Below are positions 1-10,094 of a stretch of DNA of 64,000 nt, piece after piece. The DNA lies in NCBI GenBank assembly GCA_965224195.1, contig OZ245040.1, positions 1,376,001 to 1,440,000 of the forward strand. The letters run 5' to 3'. The translations under genes were made by a program, and so were the position numbers. How positions within the stretch are numbered: the first letter of the stretch is position 1; each line of letters begins with the position of its first letter. The notes beneath the pieces were generated by a model. The model worked only from the letters and a program-made list of their open reading frames with translations, did no database searches and was not told where the DNA came from. The DNA is from Nitrosopumilus sp. GTDB lineage: Archaea; Thermoproteota; Nitrososphaeria; Nitrososphaerales; Nitrosopumilaceae.

Positions 1-2404
1 TCACAAACCATATTGTTATTCAAGATTGTCACCAGAAGAGTTGGATTTTCTTCAAGAAAGAAATGATGTACTTGAAATCAAACAGATTAAAAAATATGAT
101 TTATTAAAAGATGAAGAAATTAGCCTATCACAAATAATTGTAGATAACCCATTATCCATAGGAGGAAATTATGGTGAAAGTATAAAAAATCAAATCGAAA
201 CATGGGAATCAGATCTCAAATATTATGAAAATTATCTCTACGACAGAGGATTGATAGTTGGAAGGTATTATGAAGTAAAAAATGGGAAGATAGAACCATA
301 TGATTTAGAAATTTCTGATGAAGTTAAACTTGCATTGAAAAGTTTGTTGTGGGACAAAGTGGATAGTGAAAGTATGATAGATGTAGAAGAATTTAAAATA
401 TTTATTTCAGAATGGGCAGATTTACTGAACCAACCAATTCCAAGAATAAAAAGACTCAGTGTAGATATCGAAGTTGAAGCAGTGGTTGGAAGAATTCCAG
501 ACCCAAAAATTGCAGAAAAAAAAGTTACGGCCATAGGTTTGAAAGGTTCAGACGGATTTGATCAAATTTTTGTGCTCAAAACAGAAGGAACTGAGGAGGG
601 AACAAATGAACTAGAGCCAAACATCAAGATAAAATTCTATGATTTAGCCGATGAGAAAAAAATGATAGAAGATGCATTTGAAATAATCAAGACATTCCCA
701 TTTGTTCTAACATACAACGGAGATGACTTTGATTTACCATATCTTTACAACAGAGCAGAAAGATTAGGAGTAAAAAACTCACAAAACCCATTTTATATGA
801 TGAGAGATTCTGCAACTCTCAAAGAAGGAGTTCATTTAGATCTGTACAAAGTTCTTTCAAATAGATCATTTCAGATTTATGCTTTCAGTCAATCATATAC
901 GGATTTTTCTCTAAATAGTGTCTCAAAGGCACTTTTAGGAAAAGAAAAGATAGACTATGGGTTAGAGTTTGATGAATTAACACTATACCAAACTGCAAAC
1001 TATTGTTACAATGACGCCTTACTAACATACGAACTTACCAGTTTCAACAAAGACTTGTTGATGGATTTACTTGTAATCATTGCAAGAATTGGAAGGTTGC
1101 CAATGGATGATATTGCAAGGTTGGGAGTATCACAATGGATTAGAAGTTTGTTATATTATGAACATAGACGAAGGAATTATCTAATTCCAAAACGTGAAGA
1201 ATTACAAAGAAGATCAGAAGGAGTCATGTCTAATGCAGTAATCAAAGATAAAAAATATCGAGGAGGACTAGTTGTTGAACCAAAAGAAGGAATTCATTTT
1301 GATGTTGTCGTGATGGATTTTGCAAGTCTATATCCAAGTATTATCAAAGTTAGAAATTTATCATATGAAACAGTAAGATGCCCACATGAAGAGTGTAAAA
1401 AAAATACAATTCCAGGAACAAATCATTGGGCATGTACAAAGAAAAACGGTCTAACATCAATGATTATTGGATCATTACGAGATTTGAGAGTAAATTACTA
1501 CAAGAGTTTATCAAAGAAAGAAACACTAACTGATGATCAAAAACAACAGTACACAGTTGTCAGTCAAGCACTCAAAGTGATTCTAAATGCTAGTTATGGG
1601 GTAATGGGTGCAGAAATATTCCCACTATATTTCCTGCCAGTAGCAGAAGCAACAACAGCAATAGGAAGACATACGATTTTAGAGACAATTAAAAAATGTG
1701 AAGATACAGAAATTGAAGTGTTGTATGGAGATACAGATTCATTGTTTCTTAAAAAACCAACTCCAGAACAAATCAAAATAGTGATAGAACAAGCAAAAAA
1801 AGATCATGGAGTCGATTTAGAAATTGACAAAACATACAGATATTGTGTATTAAGTAATAGAAAGAAAAACTATCTAGGAGTTACAAAATCAGGTAAAGTA
1901 GATGTTAAAGGATTAACAGGTAAAAAATCACACACCCCAGCATTTATCAAAAATTTATTTTATGAATTAGTGGATATATTATCTAAAGTCCAAACAATGG
2001 ATGACTTTGTCAAAGCAAAACAAGACATTTCAGAAAAAATTTCAATTTGTGGAAAAAAAGTAGAGGCAAAAGAAATCCCATTAGAAGATTTAACATTTAA
2101 TGTAATGCTTAGCAAAGCTCCTTCAGAATATGTAAAAACAATTCCACAACATATCAGAGCTGCAAAACAATTAGAATCAATTAGAGAGATAAAGAAAGGA
2201 GATAAAATTTCATTTATCAAAATTCTAAACAAACCAGGCGTAAAACCAGTAGAGTTGGTAAAAAAAGAAGAAATTGATTCTAAAAAATATATGGAATTTT
2301 TAGAATCAACATTGGAGCAAATCACATCATCAATGGATTTAGATTTTGATACAATGTTAGGAAAGCCAAAACAAACAGGATTAGATGAATTCTTTTGGAG
2401 TTGA
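1..2404 (+). CDS. polB: Family B DNA polymerase (5' end probably outside the window)
   Basis: Exonuclease motifs DIEV and YNGDDFD; polymerase motifs DFASLYPSII, KVILNASYG and YGDTDS; C-terminal PIP box QTGLDEFF. Confidence 0.97.
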   Translation, partial: HKPYCYSRLSPEELDFLQERNDVLEIKQIKKYDLLKDEEISLSQIIVDNPLSIGGNYGESIKNQIETWESDLKYYENYLYDRGLIVGRYYEVKNGKIEPYDLEISDEVKLALKSLLWDKVDSESMIDVEEFKIFISEWADLLNQPIPRIKRLSVDIEVEAVVGRIPDPKIAEKKVTAIGLKGSDGFDQIFVLKTEGTEEGTNELEPNIKIKFYDLADEKKMIEDAFEIIKTFPFVLTYNGDDFDLPYLYNRAERLGVKNSQNPFYMMRDSATLKEGVHLDLYKVLSNRSFQIYAFSQSYTDFSLNSVSKALLGKEKIDYGLEFDELTLYQTANYCYNDALLTYELTSFNKDLLMDLLVIIARIGRLPMDDIARLGVSQWIRSLLYYEHRRRNYLIPKREELQRRSEGVMSNAVIKDKKYRGGLVVEPKEGIHFDVVVMDFASLYPSIIKVRNLSYETVRCPHEECKKNTIPGTNHWACTKKNGLTSMIIGSLRDLRVNYYKSLSKKETLTDDQKQQYTVVSQALKVILNASYGVMGAEIFPLYFLPVAEATTAIGRHTILETIKKCEDTEIEVLYGDTDSLFLKKPTPEQIKIVIEQAKKDHGVDLEIDKTYRYCVLSNRKKNYLGVTKSGKVDVKGLTGKKSHTPAFIKNLFYELVDILSKVQTMDDFVKAKQDISEKISICGKKVEAKEIPLEDLTFNVMLSKAPSEYVKTIPQHIRAAKQLESIREIKKGDKISFIKILNKPGVKPVELVKKEEIDSKKYMEFLESTLEQITSSMDLDFDTMLGKPKQTGLDEFFWS

Positions 2405-2412
2405 TGTAAATC

Positions 2413-2703
2413 ATGGAAGTTGACGGAACACTTTTGGCAATATTAGGCATTACAGCTGGAGTATTAATTCTCACAGGATGGGTAGAGCAAATTTACAAAG
2501 GATATAAAACAAAGAGACTAAATGATGTTTCAAAATTTTTGATGATCTTTATAGCTGCAGGATCAATTCTATGGTTAATTTATGGAATCATAGTATCAGA
2601 TGTATTTATCATAGGCACAAATTTGGCAGGATTAATTTTAATGATAATTGTATCTACAATGAAAAAAAGATACGATAGTTTATCAAAAATAAAAGAATCT
2701 TAA
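2413..2703 (+). CDS. SemiSWEET / PQ-loop family small membrane protein
   Basis: 96 aa with three hydrophobic helices; QIYKGYKTK..DVS and LWLIYG patterns of the MtN3/PQ-loop family. Confidence 0.8.
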   Translation: MEVDGTLLAILGITAGVLILTGWVEQIYKGYKTKRLNDVSKFLMIFIAAGSILWLIYGIIVSDVFIIGTNLAGLILMIIVSTMKKRYDSLSKIKES

Positions 2704-2741
2704 TCAAGAATTAAATACAATATAGAAAATTTTAATGAAAG

Positions 2742-3398
2742 ATGTTTGTGATTAATTGTAAAAATTATGAAGAGATAGCAGGAGATAAAATAATAAAATT
2801 TGTAAAAACAGCGGAAAAAATTTCTAAAAAATATAAAGTAAAAATTGCAATCTCACCACCACAGCATTTGATCGGTTTAGTAGCAAATAGTTCTATTCCA
2901 ATATTTGCTCAACATATTGATGTATCCAAAGTAGGAAGCACAACAGGTTTTGTAATTCCAGAATTGTTAAAAAAATCCAAAGTTAAAGGATCATTAATCA
3001 ATCACAGTGAACATAGAATTGCAAGTAAAGAAATTGAAAAATTGGTTATAAAATTAAAAGAACTAAAAATGATATCCATTTTATGTGTAAAAGATATTGC
3101 AGAAGTAGAAAAATATGTTAAATTAAATCCAGATTATATTGCAATTGAGCCTCCAGAATTAATTGGTTCAGGGAAAGCAGTTTCTAAAGAAAAGCCAGAA
3201 TTAATTGCAAAAGCTGCAAGCATAGTAAATAATTCAAAAAATAAAACAAAATTACTATGCGGTGCAGGTATTGTGTCAGGAGAAGATGTGGCAAAAGCAA
3301 TTGAATTAGGATCAAAAGGAATCTTGGTAGCTAGTGGAATCATTAAAGCAAAGGATTGGAATAAAGTAATTTCTGAATTTTCCAAGGCATTAGTTTAA
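2742..3398 (+). CDS. tpiA: Triosephosphate isomerase (archaeal type)
   Basis: INCKNY, INHSEHR, AIEPPELIGSG, LCGAGI and GILVASG motifs. Confidence 0.96.
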   Translation: MFVINCKNYEEIAGDKIIKFVKTAEKISKKYKVKIAISPPQHLIGLVANSSIPIFAQHIDVSKVGSTTGFVIPELLKKSKVKGSLINHSEHRIASKEIEKLVIKLKELKMISILCVKDIAEVEKYVKLNPDYIAIEPPELIGSGKAVSKEKPELIAKAASIVNNSKNKTKLLCGAGIVSGEDVAKAIELGSKGILVASGIIKAKDWNKVISEFSKALV

Positions 3399-3425
3399 AA
3401 AGCCAAATAATTTACAAAATTTTGC

Positions 3426-6116
3426 ATGGTAAAAACAAAGCCAGTTTATGCATTTGAAGAGGCAAACAGTAAAAAAAGAATGCTGCTAGGGGGGAAAGGC
3501 GCAGGGTTAAGTGAAATGACCCGATTAAAATTGCCAGTACCTCCAGGATTTACAATTACAACTGAAGTTTGTAACAAGTATTATGATAACAATAGAAAAC
3601 TTCCAAAAGATGTGATGCCAGCAGTAATGAAAAACATTGCAAAGATGGAAAAAAAGACAGGTAAAAAATGGAATTCTACAAAAAACCCATTACTAGTTTC
3701 AGTTCGTTCAGGAGCTGCCATCTCAATGCCAGGAATGATGGATACAATTTTGAATTTAGGATTAAATGAAAAAACAGCAGAAGGGTTTGCAGAGCAAACA
3801 AAAAATCCACGTTTTTCATGGGACTCATATAGAAGATTTATTCAATTATTTGGAAAAGTTGTATTTGGAGTCAATGATGAAAAATTTGATCATGTCTTAG
3901 ATTCTGCAAAAACCAAACAGGGGGTTACTGACGATAGCAAGCTAAACATAAAATCATTAAAAACAATTGTATCAGAATATAAAAAAATCTGCGAAATACA
4001 TACCAAAAAAAAATTTCCAGATACACCTAATGAGCAATTAGTGTTATCAATTGAGGCTGTTTTTAAAAGTTGGATGGGAGAAAGAGCAATAGTTTATCGT
4101 GAAAAAAATGGCATTACAAAAGATATCGCCAATGGGACTGCAGTCAATGTAGTGACAATGGTTTTTGGAAACATGGGAGATGATAGTGCAACCGGAGTTG
4201 TATTTACAAGAAATGGTCAGAATGGTAAAAAAGAATTAGAAGGAGAATACCTAATCAATGCTCAAGGTGAAGACGTTGTTGCAGGAGTAAGAACAGGAAA
4301 GAATATTGAATTATTAAAAAAAGACATGCCAAAATCACATAAAGAACTCAGTAATGCATGTGCAAAATTAGAAAAACATTTCAGAGAACCACAGGATATT
4401 GAATTTACTATTGAACAAGGAAAATTCTATCTGTTACAAACAAGAACTGCCAAGATGAGTGCATCAGCATTAGTAAAAACATCAGTAGACATGGTAAAAG
4501 AAAAATTAATCAATAAAGATAGAGCACTTACAAGAATTCCAGCTCAACAATTAGAAGCATTACTTCATAGAACTATGGATGAATCAAAAATTAAAAATTA
4601 TAAACAATTAGCAAAAGGAATTCCAGCATCACCAGGTGCTGCAAGTGGAATTGTTGTCTTTGATGTTAAAAAAGCAATTGAATTAGGAGATGCAGGAAAT
4701 AAAGTAATTCTAGTTAGAAAAGAAACAAAACCAGAAGATGTTCCAGCATTCTTTTCATCAGAAGGGATTTTGACTAGTTTGGGAGGAAAATCTTCTCATG
4801 CAGCAATCGTCTCAAGAGGGATGGGAAAACCGTGCATAGTAGGATGTCCAGAATTAAAAATGGATTACGATAATAACACATGTACTGCAAATGGGATAAC
4901 AATCAAAGGAGGAGAAACAATTACAATTGATGGAAGTGCAGGAACTGTCTATATCGGAGATATCCCAACAGTAGAACCAAAAGTAACAAAAGACTTTGAG
5001 CAAATTTTAGGCTGGGCACAAAAAACAAAAACTTTAGGAATCAGAGCCAACGCAGACACGCCAGATGGAGCAATACTTGCAAGAAAGTTCGGAGGACAAG
5101 GGATTGGATTATGCAGAACTGAAAGAATGTTCAATGAAAGTGATAGAATTAATTTATTTGTAGAAATGATCATGGCTGAAAACATTGAAGAGCGAAGCAA
5201 GATCTTAAACAAATTAGGTCAATTACAAAAAAGTGACTTTATTGAAATTCTAAAGGCAATGGAAGGATATGAAGTTACAATTAGACTATTAGATCCTCCG
5301 CTACATGAATTCCTACCCAACCCAGAAGAACTAGTAGAAAAGATTCAAAAATTAGAGGCAAGTGGAGACACAAATGAAATTAATAAAGCAAAAATTGTTC
5401 TGAAAAGAGCAAGAGAATTAGCAGAAATTAATCCAATGATGGGGCATAGGGGAGTCAGGGTAGGAATCACATACCCAGAAATTTATGAAATGCAAATTAA
5501 AGCAGTGTTTGATGCATTAGTTGAATTAACAAAAAAGAAAGTTAAAGCACATCCACAAATAATGATTCCACAAATTAGCAGCATTGCAGAATTAAACCAC
5601 ATAAAGAAAATTTATGACACCATTAAGAAAGAAACTGAAACTAAAAACAAAATGAAGTTAAAAATTAACTTTGGAACTATGATAGAGGTTGTAAGGGCTG
5701 CACTAACTGCAAACGAACTTGCAACTACAGCAGAATTCTTTAGTTTCGGTACTAATGACTTGACTCAAGGAACTTTTAGTTTCAGTAGAGAAGACGTTGA
5801 AGGAAAATTCCTTCCAGAATACATGGAGAAAGAACTCTTAGAAAGAAACCCATTCCAATCAATTGATGTTAACGGTGTAGGTAGTTTGATAAAAATTGGC
5901 CTTACAGCAGGGCGTGAATTACGACCAAATATGGAAGTAGGAATATGTGGAGAACACGGAGGAGACCCAAGTTCTATCAAATTCTGTCACGCAGCAGGAC
6001 TAAGTTATGTAAGTGCATCACCGCATAGAATTCCAATTGCAATAGTTGCAGCAGCACAAGCAGCAATTGAACAGCCAAAAAAAGCAAAATCTAAAGCAAA
6101 GAAAAAGAAAAAATAA
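3426..6116 (+). CDS. ppdK: Pyruvate, phosphate dikinase
   Basis: LGGKGAGL, VSVRSGAAISMPGMMDT, phospho-His motif SHAAIV, GLCRTE, FSFGTNDL, GICGEHGGDP. Confidence 0.97.
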   Translation: MVKTKPVYAFEEANSKKRMLLGGKGAGLSEMTRLKLPVPPGFTITTEVCNKYYDNNRKLPKDVMPAVMKNIAKMEKKTGKKWNSTKNPLLVSVRSGAAISMPGMMDTILNLGLNEKTAEGFAEQTKNPRFSWDSYRRFIQLFGKVVFGVNDEKFDHVLDSAKTKQGVTDDSKLNIKSLKTIVSEYKKICEIHTKKKFPDTPNEQLVLSIEAVFKSWMGERAIVYREKNGITKDIANGTAVNVVTMVFGNMGDDSATGVVFTRNGQNGKKELEGEYLINAQGEDVVAGVRTGKNIELLKKDMPKSHKELSNACAKLEKHFREPQDIEFTIEQGKFYLLQTRTAKMSASALVKTSVDMVKEKLINKDRALTRIPAQQLEALLHRTMDESKIKNYKQLAKGIPASPGAASGIVVFDVKKAIELGDAGNKVILVRKETKPEDVPAFFSSEGILTSLGGKSSHAAIVSRGMGKPCIVGCPELKMDYDNNTCTANGITIKGGETITIDGSAGTVYIGDIPTVEPKVTKDFEQILGWAQKTKTLGIRANADTPDGAILARKFGGQGIGLCRTERMFNESDRINLFVEMIMAENIEERSKILNKLGQLQKSDFIEILKAMEGYEVTIRLLDPPLHEFLPNPEELVEKIQKLEASGDTNEINKAKIVLKRARELAEINPMMGHRGVRVGITYPEIYEMQIKAVFDALVELTKKKVKAHPQIMIPQISSIAELNHIKKIYDTIKKETETKNKMKLKINFGTMIEVVRAALTANELATTAEFFSFGTNDLTQGTFSFSREDVEGKFLPEYMEKELLERNPFQSIDVNGVGSLIKIGLTAGRELRPNMEVGICGEHGGDPSSIKFCHAAGLSYVSASPHRIPIAIVAAAQAAIEQPKKAKSKAKKKKK

Positions 6117-6149
6117 ATTTTTAACCAATCAAAATCATCTCTAAATGAA

Positions 6150-6707
6150 TTGCTACCTAGAATTGACTCCATTAAACAAATTAGGCTAAAAATAGGCATT
6201 ACTCAAAAAAAACTTGCCACCATGACAGGAGTAAGTACTTCAATGATAAATCAAATTGAATCAGGAAGAAGCCAACCAAGTTACGATACTGCTAAAAAAA
6301 TATTTGAAAGTCTTGCTAAACTAGAAGGAGAATCATCATCTCACACAGCAGGGGATTTTTGTAGTAAAGATATTGTAAAGCTAAAGCCAACAAACACACT
6401 TCATGATGCAATTAAAAAAATGCATGAGCTATCCATCAGTCAAATTCCTGTTTTTAATAATTCAGATGTTGTAGGAGTTGTTTCTGAGGATGGAATTGTA
6501 AAGCATTTAGCAGATTTAGGAGAAACCGAGTTAAAAAAAGCAAAATTGTCAGAGACCATGGATTCAATTCCCCCAATTGTAAATTATGATACTCCTGCAA
6601 ATGTACTGGTTCCTCTGATAAGATATTCTAAATGCATCCTAGTTTCAAAAAAATCAAAAATCATAGGAATCATAACAGCATCAGATACCTTGAAAATGAT
6701 GGAATGA
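6150..6707 (+). CDS. XRE-HTH plus tandem CBS domain transcriptional regulator
   Basis: N-terminal ITQKKLA..INQIESG helix-turn-helix followed by two CBS repeats. Confidence 0.9.
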   Translation: MLPRIDSIKQIRLKIGITQKKLATMTGVSTSMINQIESGRSQPSYDTAKKIFESLAKLEGESSSHTAGDFCSKDIVKLKPTNTLHDAIKKMHELSISQIPVFNNSDVVGVVSEDGIVKHLADLGETELKKAKLSETMDSIPPIVNYDTPANVLVPLIRYSKCILVSKKSKIIGIITASDTLKMME

Positions 6708-6767
6708 TGATTTTTAGTTTTCTAATCTCCAATAGTCTTAAGACGATTGATTTTAAACAATTAGCAC

Positions 6768-6884
6768 TTGGATTACATATGTAAAAGATGGGGGACATCT
6801 TGTAGAAGTTCTAGAGGAATTGGTAAAAATTACAAACTCTGTGATAGGTGTAATAAAATAAGACAAAAAGAAAGCAAAAAATAA
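6768..6884 (+). CDS. Putative 38-aa Zn-finger microprotein (possibly degenerate)
   Basis: Translated by hand from TTG: MDYICKRWGTSC...LCDRCNKIRQKESKK; CxxW ... CxxC. Confidence 0.35.
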   Translation: MDYICKRWGTSCRSSRGIGKNYKLCDRCNKIRQKESKK

Positions 6885-6885
6885 T

Positions 6886-7035
6886 CTATTGAACGATGAT
6901 TTGAGTTTTACCCCATTTGAGGTCGAACTCTTTTTGAGTCATTTTAACTTTTGATTTGCATTTAACACATCTACGAACTTTGTTGGTTTTTGAATATCTC
7001 CAAACATGAGCTTCGCTTATTTTATGGCAATTCAT
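6886..7035 (-). CDS. Putative Zn-ribbon microprotein
   Basis: Translated by hand: (SC)MNCHKISEAHVWRYSKTNKVRRCVKCKSKVK...; the frame stays open a few codons upstream, giving CMNC...CVKC. Confidence 0.45.
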   Translation of the reverse strand: MNCHKISEAHVWRYSKTNKVRRCVKCKSKVKMTQKEFDLKWGKTQIIVQ

Positions 7036-7102
7036 ACAAGACAGAATTTCCTGTTCACTTAAGCGTATGGATAGTTAGGACGCGTTTAGTGTGACTATTC
7101 TT

Positions 7103-7780
7103 TAGGATAACGTAAGTAAAACGAGCTTATCTACGATCAGTAAAAAAGCAGAGCCTCCAAAAAGGTGGGAAAATATTAAAAAAAATACAATCAGATTAAG
7201 TAAGATCAAAACATACCTTTGTTGATTACGAATGGAGAATTTTGAAGGGATGTCTGGAAAGGATATAGGTAGATGGATGAGATGGCATCATGAAAAAATC
7301 AATCCTCACATTCAAATGGATGGAAAATTTGTTGGTCAATTTGAATATTCATTTAATGACATAAAAGATTCAGATATCACACTTGATGATGTTGGAGTTC
7401 TGGCTTTTGGGAATTTTATTTTTTATGAGCCACAACGTGAAAAATGGTTTTCTGTATTAATAGAAAAAACGGCAGAAAATCCAGATCAAAGCATGAAAGA
7501 AATTATAAATGAAATTCAAAAAATGTTTGGTAGAGGATCTATAAGAGAACCAAAAAAATCTTTCTCCAAATACTGGATCATAACACCTGCCGGCATAGGT
7601 AAAACAAGACATGCAAAACTTGGCCCATTAAAAGAATCTCAAGTTAATTCATTATTGAAACGAGGGTTTACTGTTTTAGACAACGACCAACTTACATTTG
7701 AACAGATTCAATCTAGATTTTATGGGACTATTGAGTTAATACAATGATCAAATAGGATTAGTGAAGTAAAACGAGCTTAT
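7103..7780. repeat. Direct repeat pair TAGGAT-N5-AAGTAAAACGAGCTTAT (7103-7130 and 7753-7780), dif/Xer-like
   Basis: 17 identical bp (7114-7130 and 7764-7780) plus a shared TAGGAT, 650 bp apart, bracketing one ORF. Confidence 0.75.
7232..7747 (+). CDS. Hypothetical protein between the direct repeats
   Basis: 171-aa ORF with ATG start; no recognised motif. Confidence 0.65.
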   Translation: MENFEGMSGKDIGRWMRWHHEKINPHIQMDGKFVGQFEYSFNDIKDSDITLDDVGVLAFGNFIFYEPQREKWFSVLIEKTAENPDQSMKEIINEIQKMFGRGSIREPKKSFSKYWIITPAGIGKTRHAKLGPLKESQVNSLLKRGFTVLDNDQLTFEQIQSRFYGTIELIQ

Positions 7781-7807
7781 TTTTCATAGATTCATCTAAT
7801 AATTAAA

Positions 7808-7972
7808 TTATTTGATATTCTGAAGAGAATCAAAACAAGTTATGCAGATATGGATGTTAAATCTATCTTCATCTTTATTGTCTGTTCCATGAGTACCAAT
7901 TTTCCATCTACCATTAATTGTACAATTGGTATCAATTTCTTCTTTATGATATATAGGACACTCATTAGTCAT
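7808..7972 (-). CDS. Putative 54-aa Zn-finger microprotein
   Basis: Translated by hand: MTNECPIYHKEE...IHICITCFDSLQNIK; CxxY ... CxxC; TTATAA-like box upstream. Confidence 0.45.
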   Translation of the reverse strand: MTNECPIYHKEEIDTNCTINGRWKIGTHGTDNKDEDRFNIHICITCFDSLQNIK

Positions 7973-8101
7973 ATTTTTATTAATTCACATTTGTTTATAA
8001 CATCTATGTAACGTACCGAATAAGTACCGAGTAGACTTGTAAATTTAGAATTAATTAATTCCAACTGCTGGATTATATATCATGCAATCATACAATAATT
8101 T

Positions 8102-8434
8102 GTGGATGTAAAAGGGGTTAATGATGATTTTACTAAACGATTTAATCAATTACCAAAAGGAAATATCAAAACTGCAGTTCAAGAAGTAATTGATAATCTA
8201 AAAAATAATCATATGATGGGAGATCATATGAAAAAAAAGGATATTCCAAAATATTATATCAAAAAACACAACATACCAATTCTATATTTGATCGACCTTC
8301 CACAATTTTGGAGAGTCACATACTCTGTTATGGAATTTGAAGTTAAGAATGAACTTTCAGGATTGATGTTAGAATTAATGAATCATGATCAATATAACAA
8401 AAGATTTGGCATTTTTAAGAAAAAATCAGCCTAA
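8102..8434 (+). CDS. RelE/ParE-fold toxin-like protein
   Basis: 110 aa, basic; IPKYYIKK..LYLIDLPQFWRVTYS..MNHDQYNKRF resembles archaeal RelE-like proteins. Confidence 0.6.
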   Translation: MDVKGVNDDFTKRFNQLPKGNIKTAVQEVIDNLKNNHMMGDHMKKKDIPKYYIKKHNIPILYLIDLPQFWRVTYSVMEFEVKNELSGLMLELMNHDQYNKRFGIFKKKSA

Positions 8435-8483
8435 CATATAATACTTGTATGTATCATACAGCAAAGTTATATACTTTTATGTA

Positions 8484-8504
8484 TTAAGTAACTTAGTTAC
8501 TTAA
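8484..8504. promoter_or_regulatory. 21-bp palindromic operator TTAAGTAACT-T-AGTTACTTAA
   Basis: Perfect 10-bp arms ending one base before ATG 8506, downstream of an AT-rich TATA-like box. Confidence 0.7.
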
Positions 8505-8505
8505 C

Positions 8506-8922
8506 ATGGATTCAATGCTTCGCAGTAAATCACGTTCAAGTGGAAGTTCCAGAAACAAATCTACTTTTAGAAGTAAATCTGGATTACGAAGTGGAAAGAT
8601 CGCTCAAATTACTGGTTCGTCTTTTCCAGAAACTAGAATAAATAGCACAGAATGGATGCAATCTCTCGAATCATACAATCCTACTTTGAAAAGTATCCTG
8701 AAAGTTGAAGACATATTCCAGAAACAAGGGGAATTTGATTCTAGAAGTCAATTAATAAGAGAATTGGGTGGAAGTATGAAAATTCAGGTATTAGATGTAA
8801 TTCTAAAATATCTAAAATCATTGGGAAAGGTTCTTGACAATAATGATGGGTCCTGGACATGGATATTTGTTAAACATAATGAGACATTGAAGAAAAGCTG
8901 GGAAAAAGCAGATCAATTATAG
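8506..8922 (+). CDS. Winged-helix protein, putative antitoxin/regulator
   Basis: C-terminal RSQLIRELGGSMKIQVLDVILKYLKSLGKV..DGSWTWI wHTH pattern; Ser/Arg/Lys-rich N-terminal tail. Confidence 0.6.
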   Translation: MDSMLRSKSRSSGSSRNKSTFRSKSGLRSGKIAQITGSSFPETRINSTEWMQSLESYNPTLKSILKVEDIFQKQGEFDSRSQLIRELGGSMKIQVLDVILKYLKSLGKVLDNNDGSWTWIFVKHNETLKKSWEKADQL

Positions 8923-9563
8923 AATTTGGTTGTTCTCATAATAGAATAACCAAGAACTATTTATTCAAAAATATAACCAAAGGTTTGGATTAATAATAAA
9001 GTGAACACGACTGATACGTTCCAAACGGGTTCGCAATCCGTCACAGTGTAGTAAAACGCCGTATTCACTTGACTCGCCAAAGTCATTTGATCTAACATGT
9101 TTGATCCTAATTAATTTCAGGCTGATCGCATGTAATTATGCTAAATTTTGATTTTAAGATGAGGCATATGACAATAACCAATTTGGATTTATTAATGGGT
9201 TTGGCCGTTACGAAAAAAATAGTAGCGGCGTCTAATTTTTACACCCATTTTGTTAATAGAATAGATCGATCCGGTATTTGAATACAGACACTAGAAGTAG
9301 CTTGAACGCGGGTTCAAGAATAGGAAAAACTCGACCCCAAATCGAGTAGAAAACTGATCGATTTTACCTATTCTTTTATCTTTGATTAGATAACGAGTAA
9401 TACTAAAAATTGTTACACTAACTAGCATTTCCTTGTTAAGTAGTAACTACCACTTTAGGATGTTATTCTTTTTCAGATTTTATCGATTCTTCAAACATGA
9501 TTCGACTATTCTCCAACATATTCTCAATATGAAATACAAGTAGATAAACGCGTTTCAATTAGT

Positions 9564-9962
9564 TTATTCTTTAGGATGAGAGCAAAGTTCTGCCAATACA
9601 CCATGTAATGATTTTGGATGAATGAAAGTCACTTTAGTTCCAGCAGATCCAGGTCGGACATCACCTAAAAATTGAATTCCGCATCCCTCCATTCGTTCAA
9701 CCTCACCTTCAATGTTATCAGTATCTAATGCCAAATGGTGCAATCCTTGACCTTTTTTATCCAAAAATTTCTTTATCGGACTAGAATCATTCGTTGGTTG
9801 CATTAACTCCACACGGGCATTTTCTAAATGTAAAATAGCAACTTTAACACCTTCAGACTCTACGGTTTCAAATTCAACATTATCAACACCTAGAGCTTGT
9901 TGGTAAATTTTAGCAGACTCTTCAACATCATTTACTGCAATTGCAATATGATCAATTTTCAT
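9564..9962 (-). CDS. mce: Methylmalonyl-CoA epimerase
   Basis: VOC fold: IDHIAIAV, GLHHLAL, FIHPKSLHGVLAEL; clustered with mutase genes. Confidence 0.95.
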   Translation of the reverse strand: MKIDHIAIAVNDVEESAKIYQQALGVDNVEFETVESEGVKVAILHLENARVELMQPTNDSSPIKKFLDKKGQGLHHLALDTDNIEGEVERMEGCGIQFLGDVRPGSAGTKVTFIHPKSLHGVLAELCSHPKE

Positions 9963-10094
9963 CTAAAAGAATTCCTCAACTTGCGGTATTAATGGATTTA
10001 TTTTATTTTAAAAATATAAAAAAAATCAAAATATAATTTTACGCCCAGATTGCCGTAGTTGTTTTATTAATGGCAAAATAAGATCATTACACCT

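Noticed and set aside
6071-6116. Lys-rich C-terminal tail of PpdK as a frameshift artefact
   Set aside because: The catalytic domain is complete and in frame; short basic tails also occur on other core proteins in this window
9001-9070. Hammerhead ribozyme (CTGATA...)
   Set aside because: The CUGANGA and GAAA core is not completed
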